Source: Mobula hypostoma (taxonomy: Eukaryota). From it: a stretch of DNA of 64,000 nt. The stretch's first letter is position 1, and each line of letters opens with the position of its first letter. The notes under the pieces are model-generated. The model was not told where the DNA came from. It ran no database searches and saw only the letters and a list, made by a program, of their open reading frames with translations. The position numbers and the translations under genes are program-made. The DNA lies in contig NC_086101.1 of NCBI RefSeq assembly GCF_963921235.1, forward strand, positions 21,638,001 through 21,702,000, given 5' to 3'. This document shows positions 1 to 13,097 of this stretch, one piece after another.

Positions 1-700
1 TCCCTTCTGCACTGCAGAACCAGACTCAGTGCCAGAAATCCGGCTACTGCAGCTAGTCCCAGGTAAGTCATCCCCCCCAACAGTATCCAATGCGGTATAC
101 TTGTTGTTGAGGGGAATGGCCACAGGGGAACCCTGCTCTGCCTGCCCTTTCCTCTTCCCTCGCCTGACAGTGACCCAATTTCCTGTCCTCTGCTCCTTTG
201 GCGTAACTACCTCCCTGTAGCTACGATCTATAATCTCCTCATTCTCCCAAATGATCCGCAGGTTATCCAGCTCCTGCTCCAGTTCCCTAACGCGGTTTGT
301 TAGGAGCTGCAGCTGGATGCACTTCTTGCAGGTGTCGTTGTCAGGGACACCGGAGGGCTCCCTGACTTCCCACATCCTGCAAGAGGAGCATTCCAACATC
401 CTGCCTGGCATTCTCTCTACTCTAAACAAACTGGACAAAAACTTACCGGAACCTACCCTGGCCTCTGCCTGTTCTCGCCGAAGCCTGTTGAGCCAAAGCC
501 GTCCCACTCTGACTCAGTCCACTCCAACGATGGCCACTACAATGATGGTCGCTGTATATGGTGGTCTGTTTTTAAACTTTGGCACACTACGTCACGCGCC
601 TGCACAGTGCAGACCCTTCTCCCCAGTGTTTAAAAAAAAGACTTTTTCTACTCGATTTCCTCACTCCCTTCTTCTCATCTGCTTGCTTCAAAACTTGCGT
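1..700 (-). mobile_element. CR1 LINE 5' part (5'UTR + ORF1 N-terminus), continues beyond window start
   Basis: Minus frame from ATG at 399 reads MLECSSCRMWEV...CKKCIQLQLLTNRVRELEQELD...IPLNNKYTALDTVG, the zinc-finger/leucine-zipper start typical of CR1 ORF1. Confidence 0.75.
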
Positions 701-712
701 AGAATATGTTAA

Positions 713-2084
713 GTTCATCAGGAAGAGAAGTGCCACAGTTAACTGATATTCCCAGCCTTTTCTTTGCGCCCAGTGATCTCATTTAGACCCTGCCATAGTC
801 TACTGGCATCCCTTTGGTTAGCCTGGGCTTCCAACTTGGCTCGATATTGCCTCTTGGCGCCCTTAATGGCTTTCCGGAGTTCACGCCTGGATTCTGTGTA
901 GCGACTGGTATCCCTGGACCTAAAAGCCGCAGCTCTAGCCTTTAAAAGGGATTTGACCTCATAATTCATCCAAGGCTTACGGTTAGGGAATACCCAGATC
1001 ATCTTGCCAGACACACAGTCCTCCATGCATTTGCAAATAAAGTCCATGACAGCTGAGGCATACTCATCGAGGTTAGCTGCCGAGTCCTTGAATACTAACC
1101 AGTCCACCGATTCAAAGCAGTCACAGAGGACCTCATCCGTTTCCTCCGTCCAACGCGACACTACTTATGACACCGTGACCTCCCGCTTCAGTTTCTGTTT
1201 GTAAGCTGGGAGGAGGAGTATGGCCTGATGGTCCGATTTTCTGAAGTGAGGTCATGGGAGGCATCCTTGACTGCTGTGTAGCAGTGGTCAAGTATATTCG
1301 AGCCTCTAGTGGAGCAGGAGACATGTTGGTATAACTTTGGCAGCGCCTTTCTGAGGTTGGCCTGGTTAAAGTCCCTGGCTGTAATGAGCAAATCCTCCTG
1401 ATACCTAGTCTCAAGTTCACTGATGTTGGCATACAGTATGCTCAGAGCACACTCCACGTCCGCCTGGGGGGGAATGTAGACCGCTGTCAGTATGATTGAG
1501 GTGAATTCCCCTGGCAGATAGTAGGGACGACACTTCACCGACAGGTGTTCCAGGTCCGGGCTACAGGAGCTTGTCAGTGACACTGTGTCCGAGCACCACC
1601 CAGTGTTGATCAGTAGGCAGACACCACCTCCCCTCGTCTTGCCCGAAGATGCCGTGCGGTCCATCCAATGGATCAAAAATCCCTCCGGTCGGATGGCACA
1701 GTCGGGGGTGGCAGGGGAGAGTCGGGTCTCGGTGAAACAGAACACACAGCAGTTCTGCATCTCCCTGCAGTAGGTGAGTCTCCCTTTAAAATCATCCACC
1801 TTGTTCTCTATAGCTTGCTAGTAAGATGGTGGGCATAGGGACCCTGAAGCCCCTCAGCTTCAATCTGACCAGCAGCCCAGCTCTTTTCCCACGCTTCCTC
1901 GGTAAATAGTGCATCTTTCCAGGTTTCCATCGATGCAGTATGTTGTTGTCAGCTCTTTGAGGTTGGTGGACGCGTCCCTCGGGGATCGATCGGCGGGTCG
2001 CATTGTCGTGCGCGCCGGGTCGGGCTGAATGACGGGGGAGGCTCCACTGCCACTTCCAGCTGTCGAGGCCCTGAAGCTGACACT
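713..2084 (-). mobile_element. Rex1/Babar LINE, APE endonuclease region, frameshifted and 3'-truncated
   Basis: ORFs 1188-1799 and 739-1161 carry CFTET, AVYIPP, DFN, LDHCY and FPNRKPWMN motifs; frameshifts present. Confidence 0.85.
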
Positions 2085-4333
2085 TAAATTAGAAAAAGAG
2101 AAGCCGAAATCTGATGTGTCGATATTTCAGTGGAGTAAAGGAAATTACAGTGGCATAAGAGAGGAACTGGCCAAAGTTGACTGGAAAGAGACACTGGCGG
2201 GAAAGACAGCAGAGCAGCAGTGGCTGGAATTGATGTGAGAAGTGAGGAAGGTGCAAGACAGGTATATTCCAAAAAAGAAGAAATTTTCGAGTGGAAGAAG
2301 GATGCAACCATGGTTGACAAGAGAAGTCAAAGCCAAAGTTAAAGCAAAAGAGAGGGCATACAAGGAAGCAAAAATTAGTGGGAAGAGAGAGGATTGGGAA
2401 GTTTTTAAAACCTTACAAAAGGGAACCAAGAAGGTCATTAAGAGAGAAAAGATTAACTATGAAAGGAAGCTAGCAAATAGTATCGAAGAGGATACTAAAA
2501 GCTTTTTCAAATATAGAAAGAGTAAAAGACAGGTGAGAGTAGATATAGGACCGATAGAAAATGATGCTGGAGAAATTGTAACGGGAGATGAGGAGATGGC
2601 AGAGGAACTGAACAAGTATTTTGCATCAGTCTTCACTGAGGAAGACAGCAGGATACCGGACACTCAAGGGTGGCAGGGAAGAGAAGTGTGCGCAGTCACA
2701 ATTACGACAGAGAAAGTACTCAGGAAGCTGAATAGGCTAAAGGTAGATAAATCTCCTGGACCAGATGGAATGCACCCTCGTGTTCTGAAGGAAGTAGCTG
2801 TGGAGATTGCGGAGGCATTAGCGATGATCTTTCAAAAGTCGATAGATTCTGGCATGGTTCCGGAGGACTGGAAGATTGCAAATGTCACTCTGCTATTTAA
2901 GAAGGGGGCAGAAGCAAAAAGGAAATTATAGACCTGTTAGCTTGACATTCGTGGTTGGGAAGTTGTTGGAGTTGATTGTCAAGGATGAGGTTACAGAGTA
3001 CCTGGAGGCATATGACAAGATAGGCAGAACTCAGCATGGATTCCTTAAAGGAAAATCCTGCCTGACAAACCTATTACAATTTTTTGAGGAAATTACCAGT
3101 AGGCTAGACAAGGGAGATGCAGTGGATATTTGGATTTCAGAAGGCCTTTGACAAGGTGCCACACATGAGGCTACTTAACAAGATAAGAGCCCATGGAATT
3201 ATGGGAAAGTTACATACGTGGATAGAGCGTTGGCTGATTGGCAGGAAACAGAGAGTGGGAATAAAGGGATCCTATTCTGGTTGGCTGCCGGTTACCAGTG
3301 GTGTTCCACAGGGATGAGTGTTGGGGCTGCTTCTTTTTACATTGTACATCAACGATTTAGATTATGGAATAGATGGCTTTGTGGCTAAGTTTGCTGACGA
3401 TATGAAGATAGGTGGAGGGGCCGGTAGTGCTGAGGAAACGGAGAGTCTGCAGAGAGACTTGGATAGATTGGAAGAATGGGCAGAGAAGTGGCAAATGAAG
3501 TACAATGTTGGAAAGTGTATGGTTATGCACTTTGACAGAAAAAATAAACGGGCAGACTATTATTTAAATGGGGAAAGAATTCAAAGTTCTGAGATGCAAC
3601 GGGACTTGGGAGTCCTTGTACAGGATATCCTTAAAGTTAACCTCCAGGTTGAGTCAGTAGTGAAGATGGCGAATGCAATGTTGGCATTCATTTCTAGAGG
3701 AATAGAGAATAGGAGCAGGGATGTGATGTTGAGGCTCTATAAGGCGCTGGTGAGACCTCAGTTGGAGTACTGTGGGCAGTTTTGGTCTCCTTATTTAAGA
3801 AAGGATGTGCTGACGTTGGAGAGGGTACAGAGAAGATTCACGAGAATGATTCCGGGAATGAGAGTGTTGACATATGAGGAACGTTTGTCCACTCTTGGAC
3901 TGTATTCCTTGGAGTTTAGAAGAATGAAAGGAGACCTCATAGAAACATTTCGAATGTTGAAAGGCATGGACAGAGTGGATGTGGCAAAGTTGTTTCCCAT
4001 GATGGGGGAGTCTAGTACGAGAGGGCATGACTTCAGGATTGAAGGTCGCCCATTCAGAACAGAAATGCGAAGAAATTTTTTTAGTCAGAGGGTGGTGAAT
4101 CTATGGAATTTGTTGCCACAGGCAGCAGTGGAGGCCAAGTCATTGGGTGTATTTAAGGCAGAGACTGATAGGTATCTGAGTAGCCAGGGCATCAAAGGTT
4201 ATGGTGAGAAGGCGGGGGAGTGGGACTAAATAGGAGAAAATGGATCAGCTCATGATAAAACGGTGGAGCAGACTCGATGGGCCGAATGGCCTACTTCTGC
4301 TCCTTTGTCTTATGGTCTTATGGTCTATGGTCT
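2085..4333 (+). mobile_element. 5'-truncated CR1 LINE (ORF2 RT) nested inside the Rex1/Babar element
   Basis: ORFs 2242-2931, 2876-3151, 3117-3317 and 3318-4229 contain KSPGPDG, NYRPVSL, QHGF, KAFDKVPH, SGVPQG, FADD; stops/frameshifts; ends in a (TTATGGTC)-like tail. Confidence 0.93.
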
Positions 4334-4853
4334 TAATCCTGGATGGCCGGGCTCCTGGCTGAAACAAGTCCGTAAACCGAGTCACGGTTGCGGAGGCCTC
4401 TGCTCCAGCCGAGCCTCGGGCTCGATTTCCGAGGTCGGAGGTGGAGGCCTCACTTCTGGTAACTGTGGATGGCTACCAACAGGGTTTTACGGTGGTTGCT
4501 CCGGGGAAGCGTGTGGGGCACCTTGAGGTCTCCGCCGTCACTTCTGTGTGGTCGTCTGCTCCGGCGTGGTGCTGGTCGGAATGGGCCATGTCTCCAAGCG
4601 CTCCGGGACGGTAGCAGACCGCGGGTCTCTGGGAACGTGGTGGGCCTCGCTGGTCGGGTCCAGGTGCGGTCCGGAGTTTAAGAAGCAGTTCTGGTGCGGT
4701 GGTCTCCAGCTGGGTCAGTAGCTTCGCCAGGGGGTTGTTGATCTTTATCTTGCTAAATTGAAGGTTTAGGAGGGTTTCTCGGGTATAGGATAGTGGAGAG
4801 GGCAGTTTGCTTGGGAGAGGTCGCGCAAAGTCGCCAGTTACCGGCGCTATCTT
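4334..4853 (-). mobile_element. 5' end of the Rex1/Babar element interrupted by the CR1
   Basis: GC/CpG-rich like 1800-2084; minus strand begins AAGATAGCGCCGG, resembling the AAGATGGCG 5' ends of this family. Confidence 0.55.
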
Positions 4854-4861
4854 TAACGGTC

Positions 4862-5210
4862 TTCATGATAGTGGTATACAAGATATTAAGAGAAATAGAT
4901 GGAGTGGACATCCAGCGGCTCTTCCCCAGGGCACCACTGCTCAATACAAGAGAACATGGCTTTAAGGTAAGGGGTGAGAAGTTCAAGGGGGATATTAGAG
5001 GAAGGTTTTTTTACTCAGAGAGTGGTTGGTGCATGGAATGCACTGCCTGTGTCAGTGGTGGAGGCAGATACACTAGTGAAATTTAAGAGACTACTAGACA
5101 GGTATATGGAGGAATTTAAGGTGGGGGGTATATGGGAGACAGGGTTTGAGGGTCGGCACAACATTGTGGGCTGAAGGGCCTGTACTGTGCTGTACTATTC
5201 TATGTTCTAT
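4862..5210 (+). mobile_element. CR1 3' fragment
   Basis: YKILR...RLFP...FFTQRVVGAWNALP...FKRLLDRYM; (TTCTATG) tail; same subfamily as 41585-41840. Confidence 0.85.
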
Positions 5211-5500
5211 AAAAGTATTATCTCCTCATAATCCTGAATCTGCTCCCCCAGCCCCACCTTCAGAGACAATGTCCCTTGTTTCTTGTCTCACATACCCATG
5301 AAAACAACTTTTTTGCCTCAATTGTCTATTGTTTTCATAATTTTAGATGTTTCATTCAGATCTCTCCCATTCTTCAGCGAGTTCCAGAGGACTCCTCCCT
5401 CCCATGGGACAGCAGATACAAAAGTCTTAAAGCACCTACCGCCAGCTTCTATGCCACGGTTATAAAACAAGAGAAAGTTTGCAGATGCTGCAAATTCAAG

Positions 5501-6049
5501 TGTAACCCTCGCTTCAGCTATCGGCTTAATATAGGTCCCGGCCTGGCCAAACTTAAGAAATCTCGTTTGGGTGGATGCTACGCGATGTGTCCCCTGTTAC
5601 AAATCAGTATCACGAAATAACAAACAGTACACAATATACGATTAAACAATTGAGCTTTATAATTCTGAATTTGACTATGTGGTTAGTAAGGGGAACAAAA
5701 AAAAACAAAAGAAAAAGGGCCCATTCTCATGAAACAGGCTACTGCGCAATGTTGGAACTCACTGATAAGCCAGTCGTCCACCACTGACCTCCGATCGTCG
5801 CCGACCTTTGGACCCTCACTCCGTCCACTCTGTCTGACAGTCTACCAACTTTCTCCATTCGCGTCTTCTCTCCTCATCTCTCCCCGACAAAAGACCGCGA
5901 AAATCTCTCTTCCAGACTCACAAGAAAGAACAACATTTCTCTCATTAGATACCTCGACATTCAAAACCCCTTTATCTCTCGTCATAACCCAAGCATTGCT
6001 ACTACAGAGAAACCATTACATTAGCAGTGAAACCTTACAGCATGTTACA
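5501..6049. mobile_element. Solo LTR (TGTAAC...GTTACA)
   Basis: Inverted termini TGTAAC/GTTACA; 4-bp TSD CAAG at 5497-5500 and 6050-6053; interrupts a Penelope-type 3' fragment. Confidence 0.8.
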
Positions 6050-6324
6050 CAAGCAAGGGTCTCGGCCCGAAACGACGACTGCGCTCTTTACCGTAGATGC
6101 TGCCTGGCCTGCTGAGTTACTCCAGCATTTTGTGTGTGTTTCTCTGCAACTGTTAACTTTGTAACTTCAATCTGTATTCTTGTTCTGGCTCTATACATGC
6201 TGTAATATTTTGTCTGTCTGAACAGTATGCAAGGCAACCTTTTTCTCTGTGTCCCTGTACATGTGGCATTATCATTTCCACGTGTTCAGCCTTCTCACGG
6301 GTCGCACAGGATCAGAACAGTAAG

Positions 6325-6346
6325 TGCAATACTGCCACCTGGTGAC
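6325..6346 (-). promoter_or_regulatory. CTCF-like motif
   Basis: Minus strand reads TCACCAGGTGGCAGTATTGCA, a close match to the CTCF core; repeated at 63970-63991. Confidence 0.5.
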
Positions 6347-8531
6347 TGTACGGAATATGACCACAGCGAGCCTCGGCAACAGACACACAAAATGCTGGAA
6401 GACCTCAGCAGATCAGGTAGCATCTGTGGAATAGAGTGAACAGACAATTTTTCGGTCCGAGATCCTTCATCAGGACAGCAAGCCCCGTCACCACAGTCTC
6501 AAAATAATACCATTTGTCTGCTCAGTCCTGTATTCCCGTGTTTGCATGTGTCGAGAACAAAGAAGCAGGCAGAAAAATCTACTGAGCTCCAAAGGGCTAT
6601 TCAAACAAAACTTCACTCCATGTAAAAAACGTTTCTGCCGTTATACAGTTAATCTGATACTCCACACCTCCTCTGTCTATTACCCCCGTCACTGCACTGC
6701 ACTGTAAAGACCCCAGGCACTTTTTATCATCCTGTTTACATTGTAAATACAAGCTGGCATTTATGTATTTATGCACATTTTATTTCATATTCGTATTTCA
6801 CCTTTAACTTCACTGTTTACATAATTCTTTATAATTGTTGAATGTTGCTGTTTGTCAGTTGCATGTCACATCCTGATGAACACACCACAGCAAGTTCCTA
6901 ATACTGTAGTGACCTTCGAAGGTCATAATATTGCACTTAGGAACATGACTTTGGATTTGACTGCTGGAGGACAAACTTTGCCTCAGTTAGCAGGAGCCAA
7001 TGTAATGAAGGAAAACTTCAAGATCTAATGCACTGATATGAATCAATACTTGTGGGTCTATTTTGTTACAGAATTGCCACCGATTTCTCATTTGAATGTA
7101 GGCTGGACACAGGTTGTGGAGGAGGCAAAGGAGATAATCCATCAATGGACTAAACATACAAGTTATTAAGACATGCTGATGACCTGCTGATGAAGCAAAT
7201 GACATATTGCATGACTCAGACTCTTGGAATAAGTTTTGGAAGTGGGGATCAAATGTTTAAATACATCCATGGGTGAGGGTAATATCACATGCTGCCGAAA
7301 TATTAATTTTATGTATGCTGATAATTGTATAATTATTGTAGATTAAAATGCTGAGGTTGTGCAAATAGAAGAGGATGATGGTTTTGTAATAGAGTGAAGA
7401 TGATTCTCTGTATACAAGGTGTATGTATTCAGTAAGTATATAGTAACTTTATCTTTGTATAACGTAAGTGTTACACACCTGCTGGTGGTTCATGATAGCT
7501 CTATGAATACTCAATAGACCACAAGATGAGACATTCTCAAAACCCAGATCCTTTTAAATGACGACAGAATGCAGCAAACCCATGCCAGTCAAAAATAGTT
7601 TATCCAAGTGAGGTGTCACTTGGTTAAGTCACTGGTGTCCTGTTGGAAATCCGATGTATTTACTCCTGTTTCTGTCCCTGCATGGGAATCTGTCGTTCCT
7701 CCGCACCTGGGTTCAGTTGTTGCCGGCGTTCACCGTGACAGATTTACATGGATTTATGACTCGAGTTCAAACAACAATTTATAACGTTCCCTTCTTCACC
7801 TCAACCTCATCTTAACCCCATTCTTCCCCTTCCTTTATTCTCCTTCTCCCCCACCTCCCTCCAATTTCGTCGTTTCCAGTTTGCTCCTACTTGTCTTCCT
7901 TCTACTGCAACTGTCCTCCATCGTAGGCTGCCTCACCTCGATCTCTCCCCTCCACACCTCCCAATTCTACCCGATAAAGTTCAAAGTAAATTTATTATCA
8001 AAGTGTTTGTACGTCATCATATGTTACCTTGAGATTGATTTTCTTACATTTACAGGAAAATAAAGACATAAATGAATCTATGAAAAGCTATAAAAAACAA
8101 AGACTGACAAACAACCAATGTGTAAAAGAAGACAAATCATGCAAATAACAAAAAAGAAAATAATATTGAAAACATGAATTGTCAAGCCCTTGAAAATGAG
8201 TCCATTGTTGTGAAATCATTTCAGTGTTAAGGTGAATGAAGCTATCCACACTTTTTCATCCTTAACATGGATGGGAACTAAAGCTCTTGTACCTCCTTCC
8301 TAATGGCAACAACGAGAAGAGAGCAATGCCTGGCTGATATTCCATCTCCCCTCCCTTGCAGCCTCTAACCTTCCCGTCGCCCCCTCATGCACCCTGCTCT
8401 CCCCGACACACTGCGCCCCCTCCCCTGGCCTTACCCGTGACGTCTTCTTCCTTCCCTTGAGTTTCTACTACCAAGTTCTCTGAATTTCCTCCCTTTCAAA
8501 ACGTCTTTTGCTTCCTTCTCCAACAACCCTG

Positions 8532-8665
8532 TTGGTGCGTGGCCAGGTGGTTAAGGCGTTGGACTAGGGCTCTGAAGGACGCGAGTTCGAGCCTCAGCTG
8601 AGGCAGCGTGTTGTGTCCTTGAGCAAGGCACTTAACCACACATTGCTCCTGCACGTTTATAACCC
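8532..8665 (+). mobile_element. tRNA-derived SINE (V-SINE-like)
   Basis: A box TGGCCAGGTGG and B box GTTCGAGCC, then GTGTCCTTGAGCAAGGCACTTAACC (V-domain-like). Confidence 0.75.
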
Positions 8666-8943
8666 AGTGGTGCAGTATGGACCAGACCCTCGAACCCTTG
8701 GACACCCCTCCCACCTTGAACTTTGTTAGTCCCTTTCCTTCTAACCCTGGCTGCGTTTACAAACTAGGCATTCCTTTACCTCCTGCTCTGTCTCCTTCTT
8801 CCCGGCCCTTCATTGCCCTCTCTCTGTGCCCTCCTCCACCCCGCTTAAAGTTTCCCTTCTCTGTCTCCCTGTACTTTCAGCACTTACCCACCCGCCCCTC
8901 TCCCCGACCGCATGGCGATGAGTTCAGGCGGGCGATCTCGCAC

Positions 8944-9345
8944 CTTGTGCGCCTGGGCTGCCTCCTTTATCGGGATGACATTGTGCATCTTGTGCTGCGT
9001 AGACAGGCCACACACCAGGCAGATCATCTCCTGCTCCTCCTGACAGAACAGTTTCAGCTTCTCGTTGTGCTCCCGGCAGACAAACTCCTCCTTCTGCTCG
9101 GCCGCCCCCACCCTCAGCTGCCTGACCTTCTCTGCGACGTTGCTCAGGATGTGAGCGGGCCTGGTGTTCCTCTGGGCGAACACCTGCCGGCACTGAGGGC
9201 AGGAGACATCCCCCGAGACCCTCTCCCAAACCTGAGAGATGCACGTTGCGCAAAAGTGATGTCCACACTCCAGAGAGACCGGATCGGTGAACACCTCCAG
9301 ACAGGTGGGACACGTTAATTCCTGGACCAGGTTTGCAGAAGCCAT
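8944..9345 (-). pseudogene. TRIM copy A: orphan exon 1 (RING C3HC4 + B-box2); no exon 2 found downstream in window
   Basis: CPTC-x11-CGHHFCATC-x13-CPQC and CREH..C..C..C..H..H; 402 nt ending AAG|GTGCGA as in genes B/C; intron-1 homology breaks at ~7790; unspliced ORF is 153 aa (8884-9345). Confidence 0.75.
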
Positions 9346-9387
9346 CTTGGTCCTCTCTCACCACTCGGAATACTGAGTAATTGTTGT

Positions 9388-9414
9388 ACTTCCTGTTTTG
9401 ACCCTGTGTGACCT
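9388..9414 (-). promoter_or_regulatory. Proximal promoter of copy A: DR4 + ETS motif
   Basis: AGGTCA caca GGGTCA followed by ACAGGAAGT, 43-69 nt upstream of the ATG. Confidence 0.5.
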
Positions 9415-10989
9415 CTGAGAGGCTGCAGACGTGGAAATAAAATTGAATAGTTATTGCTACATGTACCCTCATGCAGTGAAAATTTACCTGTATTGCATAC
9501 TGTTCATACTGATCAGATCATTACACCGTCCATAGAGGTAGAACACTGACAGAATGTAGAATAAAGTGTCACAATTACAGAGAAACTGCAGTGCAGGTAA
9601 TCAATAGGGTGCAGGGTCATAACGAGGTAGATTATGAGTTCAAGTGTCCATGGTATCATACGGACCAGTCAATAGTTTTATAACAGTGGCATAGAAGCTC
9701 TCCCTGAGCCTGGTGGTAGATTCTTTCAGGCTTCTGTAACTTCTGTCCCACGGGAGGGTGGAGTCCTCTGAAACCGCCTGGAACTTAGGAAAATGAGAGA
9801 GTTTAAAGAAACAAATACAATTATAATTAGGGTAGATAATAGAGACAGGAAAGTTGTTTTCACTGGTGGGTGAGACTAGACACAACGGATAAAGCCTTAA
9901 CTTTGGTGGGGGCGAGGGGGATTCACAATGGAGATGAGGAGAAACTACTTTTCTAAGAGAGTCGTGAATCCGTGGAGTTCTCTGCCCAGGGAAGCAGCAG
10001 GGGCCACCTCATTAATGTATTTTAGTCACAGTTAGATTTGATTATTTCATGTCAGGAGAATTAATCATCATGGGGAAAGGTAGATAGGCTGCTGTGAATC
10101 TACAGCCAGATCAGTCCTGAACTTATTGAATGGTGGAGCAGCCTCAAAAGGCCAGATGACCTACTTCTGCTCTGACGTTTTATGAGAAGAGAGGATGTCT
10201 GGCGTGTGGCTGGTTGACAAGTGGCATTATCGCAGTAAGCAAGTCTTTAGTTCGTCTGGGATCTGGCGAAGTTCCCCGCATTCCTAAGGAATCTCCAACA
10301 AACTGCTGATTTACTCATCTGAGACCTGTCTGCATTGTGAATGAGTACAAAGTACTGAACTCCATCTCGGAGTAAACGCCAACATTGACTCCAGTGTCCT
10401 GGCCAACATTTACTTATTACCACTGTCAGACCTTGTGATGCCCACACTACATTCTGTGGGGACTTGCAGCCCAGAGAACAGCAACATCCCAGTCCTTTTC
10501 CCAAGGGGCAACAATGACCAATATCAGAGGACATCCGTTTCTGGTGAGTGGTGGAAAGTCTACCAGAGATGTCTGTTGTCTATGTATACACAGTGAGTGG
10601 TCAGTGGCTGAAATGCATTGCTGTGAGAGGCTGATACAATAGGCACATTTATAAAACACTTCTCTAAGTTCATTGATGTGAAAAAATTAGAGGAAGGGGT
10701 TAGATTATTTGTCGACTGGCCTTATATAGGTTGGCACAATGTGCTGGGCTAAAGGGCCCATACTGTACTATACTGTTCTGTGCTCTGTTCTATTTCTTCC
10801 ATAATCACCTGGACTTTTAGCTTCACTGTGTGTGAAGCACTGAGATGCAAACTGAGGAGGGGAAAGAGGTATGGAAACGCAATTTTCTTTTTCCTTGCAT
10901 TTATCCTTGTTACTGTTGAGTGCTGTCAAGTCGTCATCGATTCATGGCGACCCCAGTTGTCCATAGGGTTCTTGTGGCAAGATACGGAA

Positions 10990-11110
10990 GTAGATTGTCA
11001 GTTCCCTTTTCCGCACTGATACTGCTGCTGCCCAGGTTGGTCCCGGCTGGACTCAAACTCGAGACCATCTACCTCGAAGTCCACTGCTGATACCGCTGCA
11101 CCACCAGCCT
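10990..11110 (-). mobile_element. tRNA-derived SINE fragment
   Basis: Minus strand GGTGGTGCAGCGG...GAGTTTGAGTCC, A/B-box-like head related to 28045-28230. Confidence 0.5.
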
Positions 11111-11880
11111 ACCTAAACCAAAAGGAAACTCTACTTCAGATTTTATACATCTTCTCAAATGGGAAAAAACTGGACTTGAAACATTAGTAACTAAAAAGAT
11201 TCTCAATGTAAAGGTGAATCATCTGTCTCTTCCTGAACCCCGTACCTTTCCCTCCAGCATCCTAGTAGTTTACATGACTGATGCCAGGAGGAAGTGGGTT
11301 GTCACAGGAGGACCAGTTTGGTAAGCTCAGAATTTCAAAAATAAACACAGCAGTTTCTGGAATTCTGAAATAAAAATGGAAAATGCAGGTCAGGTGACAT
11401 CTGTGGAGAGAAAAACTGGTTGAATATTTCTGATCAGCTTGAGTGTTTGCAGCATTTTTTTCATTTATCTTGAACACTCCAGGCTTTCGTGTAGAGGAGG
11501 GAGGGTTGAGTGATTGGATTGGAATTGGTTTATTTTTCTCACATGTACTGAGGTGCAGTGAAAAGTGTGTCCTGCATACTGTCTATACAGATTAAATCAT
11601 TACACAGTGCATTGAGGTAGATCAAGGTAGAACGAGAAGAACTACAAAGAAAATCCAATGCAGGTAGACAATAAGGTCCACATGGATTGACTGTCACAAA
11701 GTAAAGTCCAAGGTAGGAGACCCTCTGGCATCAGATGCTGGTGCTTCTGTCTGCCTTTTGTGCCATGTGGAACAACCAAAGGAATTCCAAGCGAGTCCCA
11801 GGCCATCCAGTCAGGATTGTCACTGAAGTAGAGAAAAGTCTGTGGTTAGGTGACTGTTGGTCGTGCCCAAAGATTGGCAC

Positions 11881-13097
11881 TGTCATGCTCCTGTCTGTGA
11901 AGTCCGCATTCCAGTTCACGGTCCGGTCCATCAATCCGTATTGCAGGTTTTCCGGTTTTCCCTTGTTCTGTTTGTGCCTTAATTGAGGCACATGATTCTC
12001 ATTTTGGGCTGGCTACGTAAATAGCTCCTGGGTCCAGCTTCATTTGCTGGACTGCTCCCTTTTCTTCCTCTTCTGCCTGCAACCTTTGCCTGAAGCCTCG
12101 CCTGCTACCTTTGCCTGCGTTCTCGCCTATTCTCGCTGTCAAGTTCTACTGCCGGAGCAAGACCAGAGCCTTACTATGTCTGGATAAGGAACTGTCTTTT
12201 GTTGTGAGGAACTGTCTCTTTGTGTCCTTGCCTTCGCTAGGTAGGTCCGGCCATTTGCCGCTACCTTGAGTTGGAAATTGTCTCTATGTCCACGCCTCTG
12301 CTAGGGAGGTCCGGCTGTTTGCCGCTACCTTGAGTTGGGAACTGTCTCTTTGTGTCATTGCCATTGCTAGGTAGGTCCGGCTGTTTGCCACTACCTTGAG
12401 TTGAGAACTGTCTCTGTGTCCACGCCTTCACTAGGTAGGTCCGACAGTTTGCAGTTACCTTGAGTTGGGAACTGTCTCTGTGTCCACTCCTTCACTAGGT
12501 AGGTCCGGCCGTTTGTTGCTACCTTGAGTTGGGAACAGTGTCTTTGTGCTCTCACCTCCACTGCATAGGTCCGGCCAGTTGCCGCTACCTTGAGTGGAAA
12601 TCTGTCTCTCAGTGTTCTGAGTATGATCCCTGGCCCTATGTCCTGTTCCCAAGGAGGGGTCCCGGCTCTGTGTTCTGCATTCCTGTCTCCCAAGACCAAG
12701 GATCTCTTTTCTGTGTTCCTGTCTCCCAAGACCAAGTCTGAGCTTTGCGTCCTGCCACCTAGGTTAGAAGTGTTTCAGTCCTGTTGCCTTGCCATGTCTT
12801 GTCCTCGCCTAGATCCGGAGTTCGAGCCCAAGTCAAGACCCAGGTTCTGGATCCCTGTCCAGTCTCTGGCTCGGAGTCCTTGTTCAGGTTCCAAGTTCCT
12901 AGTTCCTCGTCCAGGTCCCACTTTCCTAGTCTAGTCCTAGCCCAGGCCCTGTATCCTAGTCTCGTCCAGGCCTGTGTCTTGTCCAGCGTCATTTCTGCCC
13001 CACTTTCCTTGCTTTCTTGACACAGCTAGTCCTGTTCCTAGTACTTCAGTGTCTGTGTCTTGCATTCGGGTCTGCTCCCAGTGGCCCCCTTATGACA
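11881..13097 (+). mobile_element. Solo LTR (Gypsy-like, TGTCA...TGACA)
   Basis: Perfect 5-bp TSD GGCAC (11876-11880, 13098-13102); empty site in paralogs at ~29515 and ~60715. Confidence 0.88.
12200..12610 (+). repeat. ~64-66 bp tandem repeat (~6 units) inside the solo LTR
   Basis: CTAGGTAGGTCCGG...CTACCTTGAGTTGG units start at ~12237, 12301, 12367, 12431, 12495, ~12561. Confidence 0.9.

Larger units (their letters stand above)
5215..6355 (+). repeat. Segmental duplication, direct copy of 62489-64000
   Basis: Collinear near-identical sequence, including a shared solo LTR with the same TSD and the CTCF-like motif. Confidence 0.9.

Noticed and set aside
6905-7475. Possible TG...CA solo LTR
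   Set aside because: No matching TSD and no second copy or empty site in the window.
8532-8605. tRNA gene (also 28045-28120)
   Set aside because: A/B boxes are present but there is no clean cloverleaf or oligo-T terminator, and it continues into a SINE body.
8677-9472. Antisense/alternate-frame ORFs over exon 1 copies
   Set aside because: Expected shadows of GC-rich coding sequence; boundaries not conserved across paralogs.
12200-12610. Regularly spaced repeats resembling a CRISPR array
   Set aside because: No unique spacers; it is a minisatellite inside a TSD-flanked LTR in vertebrate DNA.
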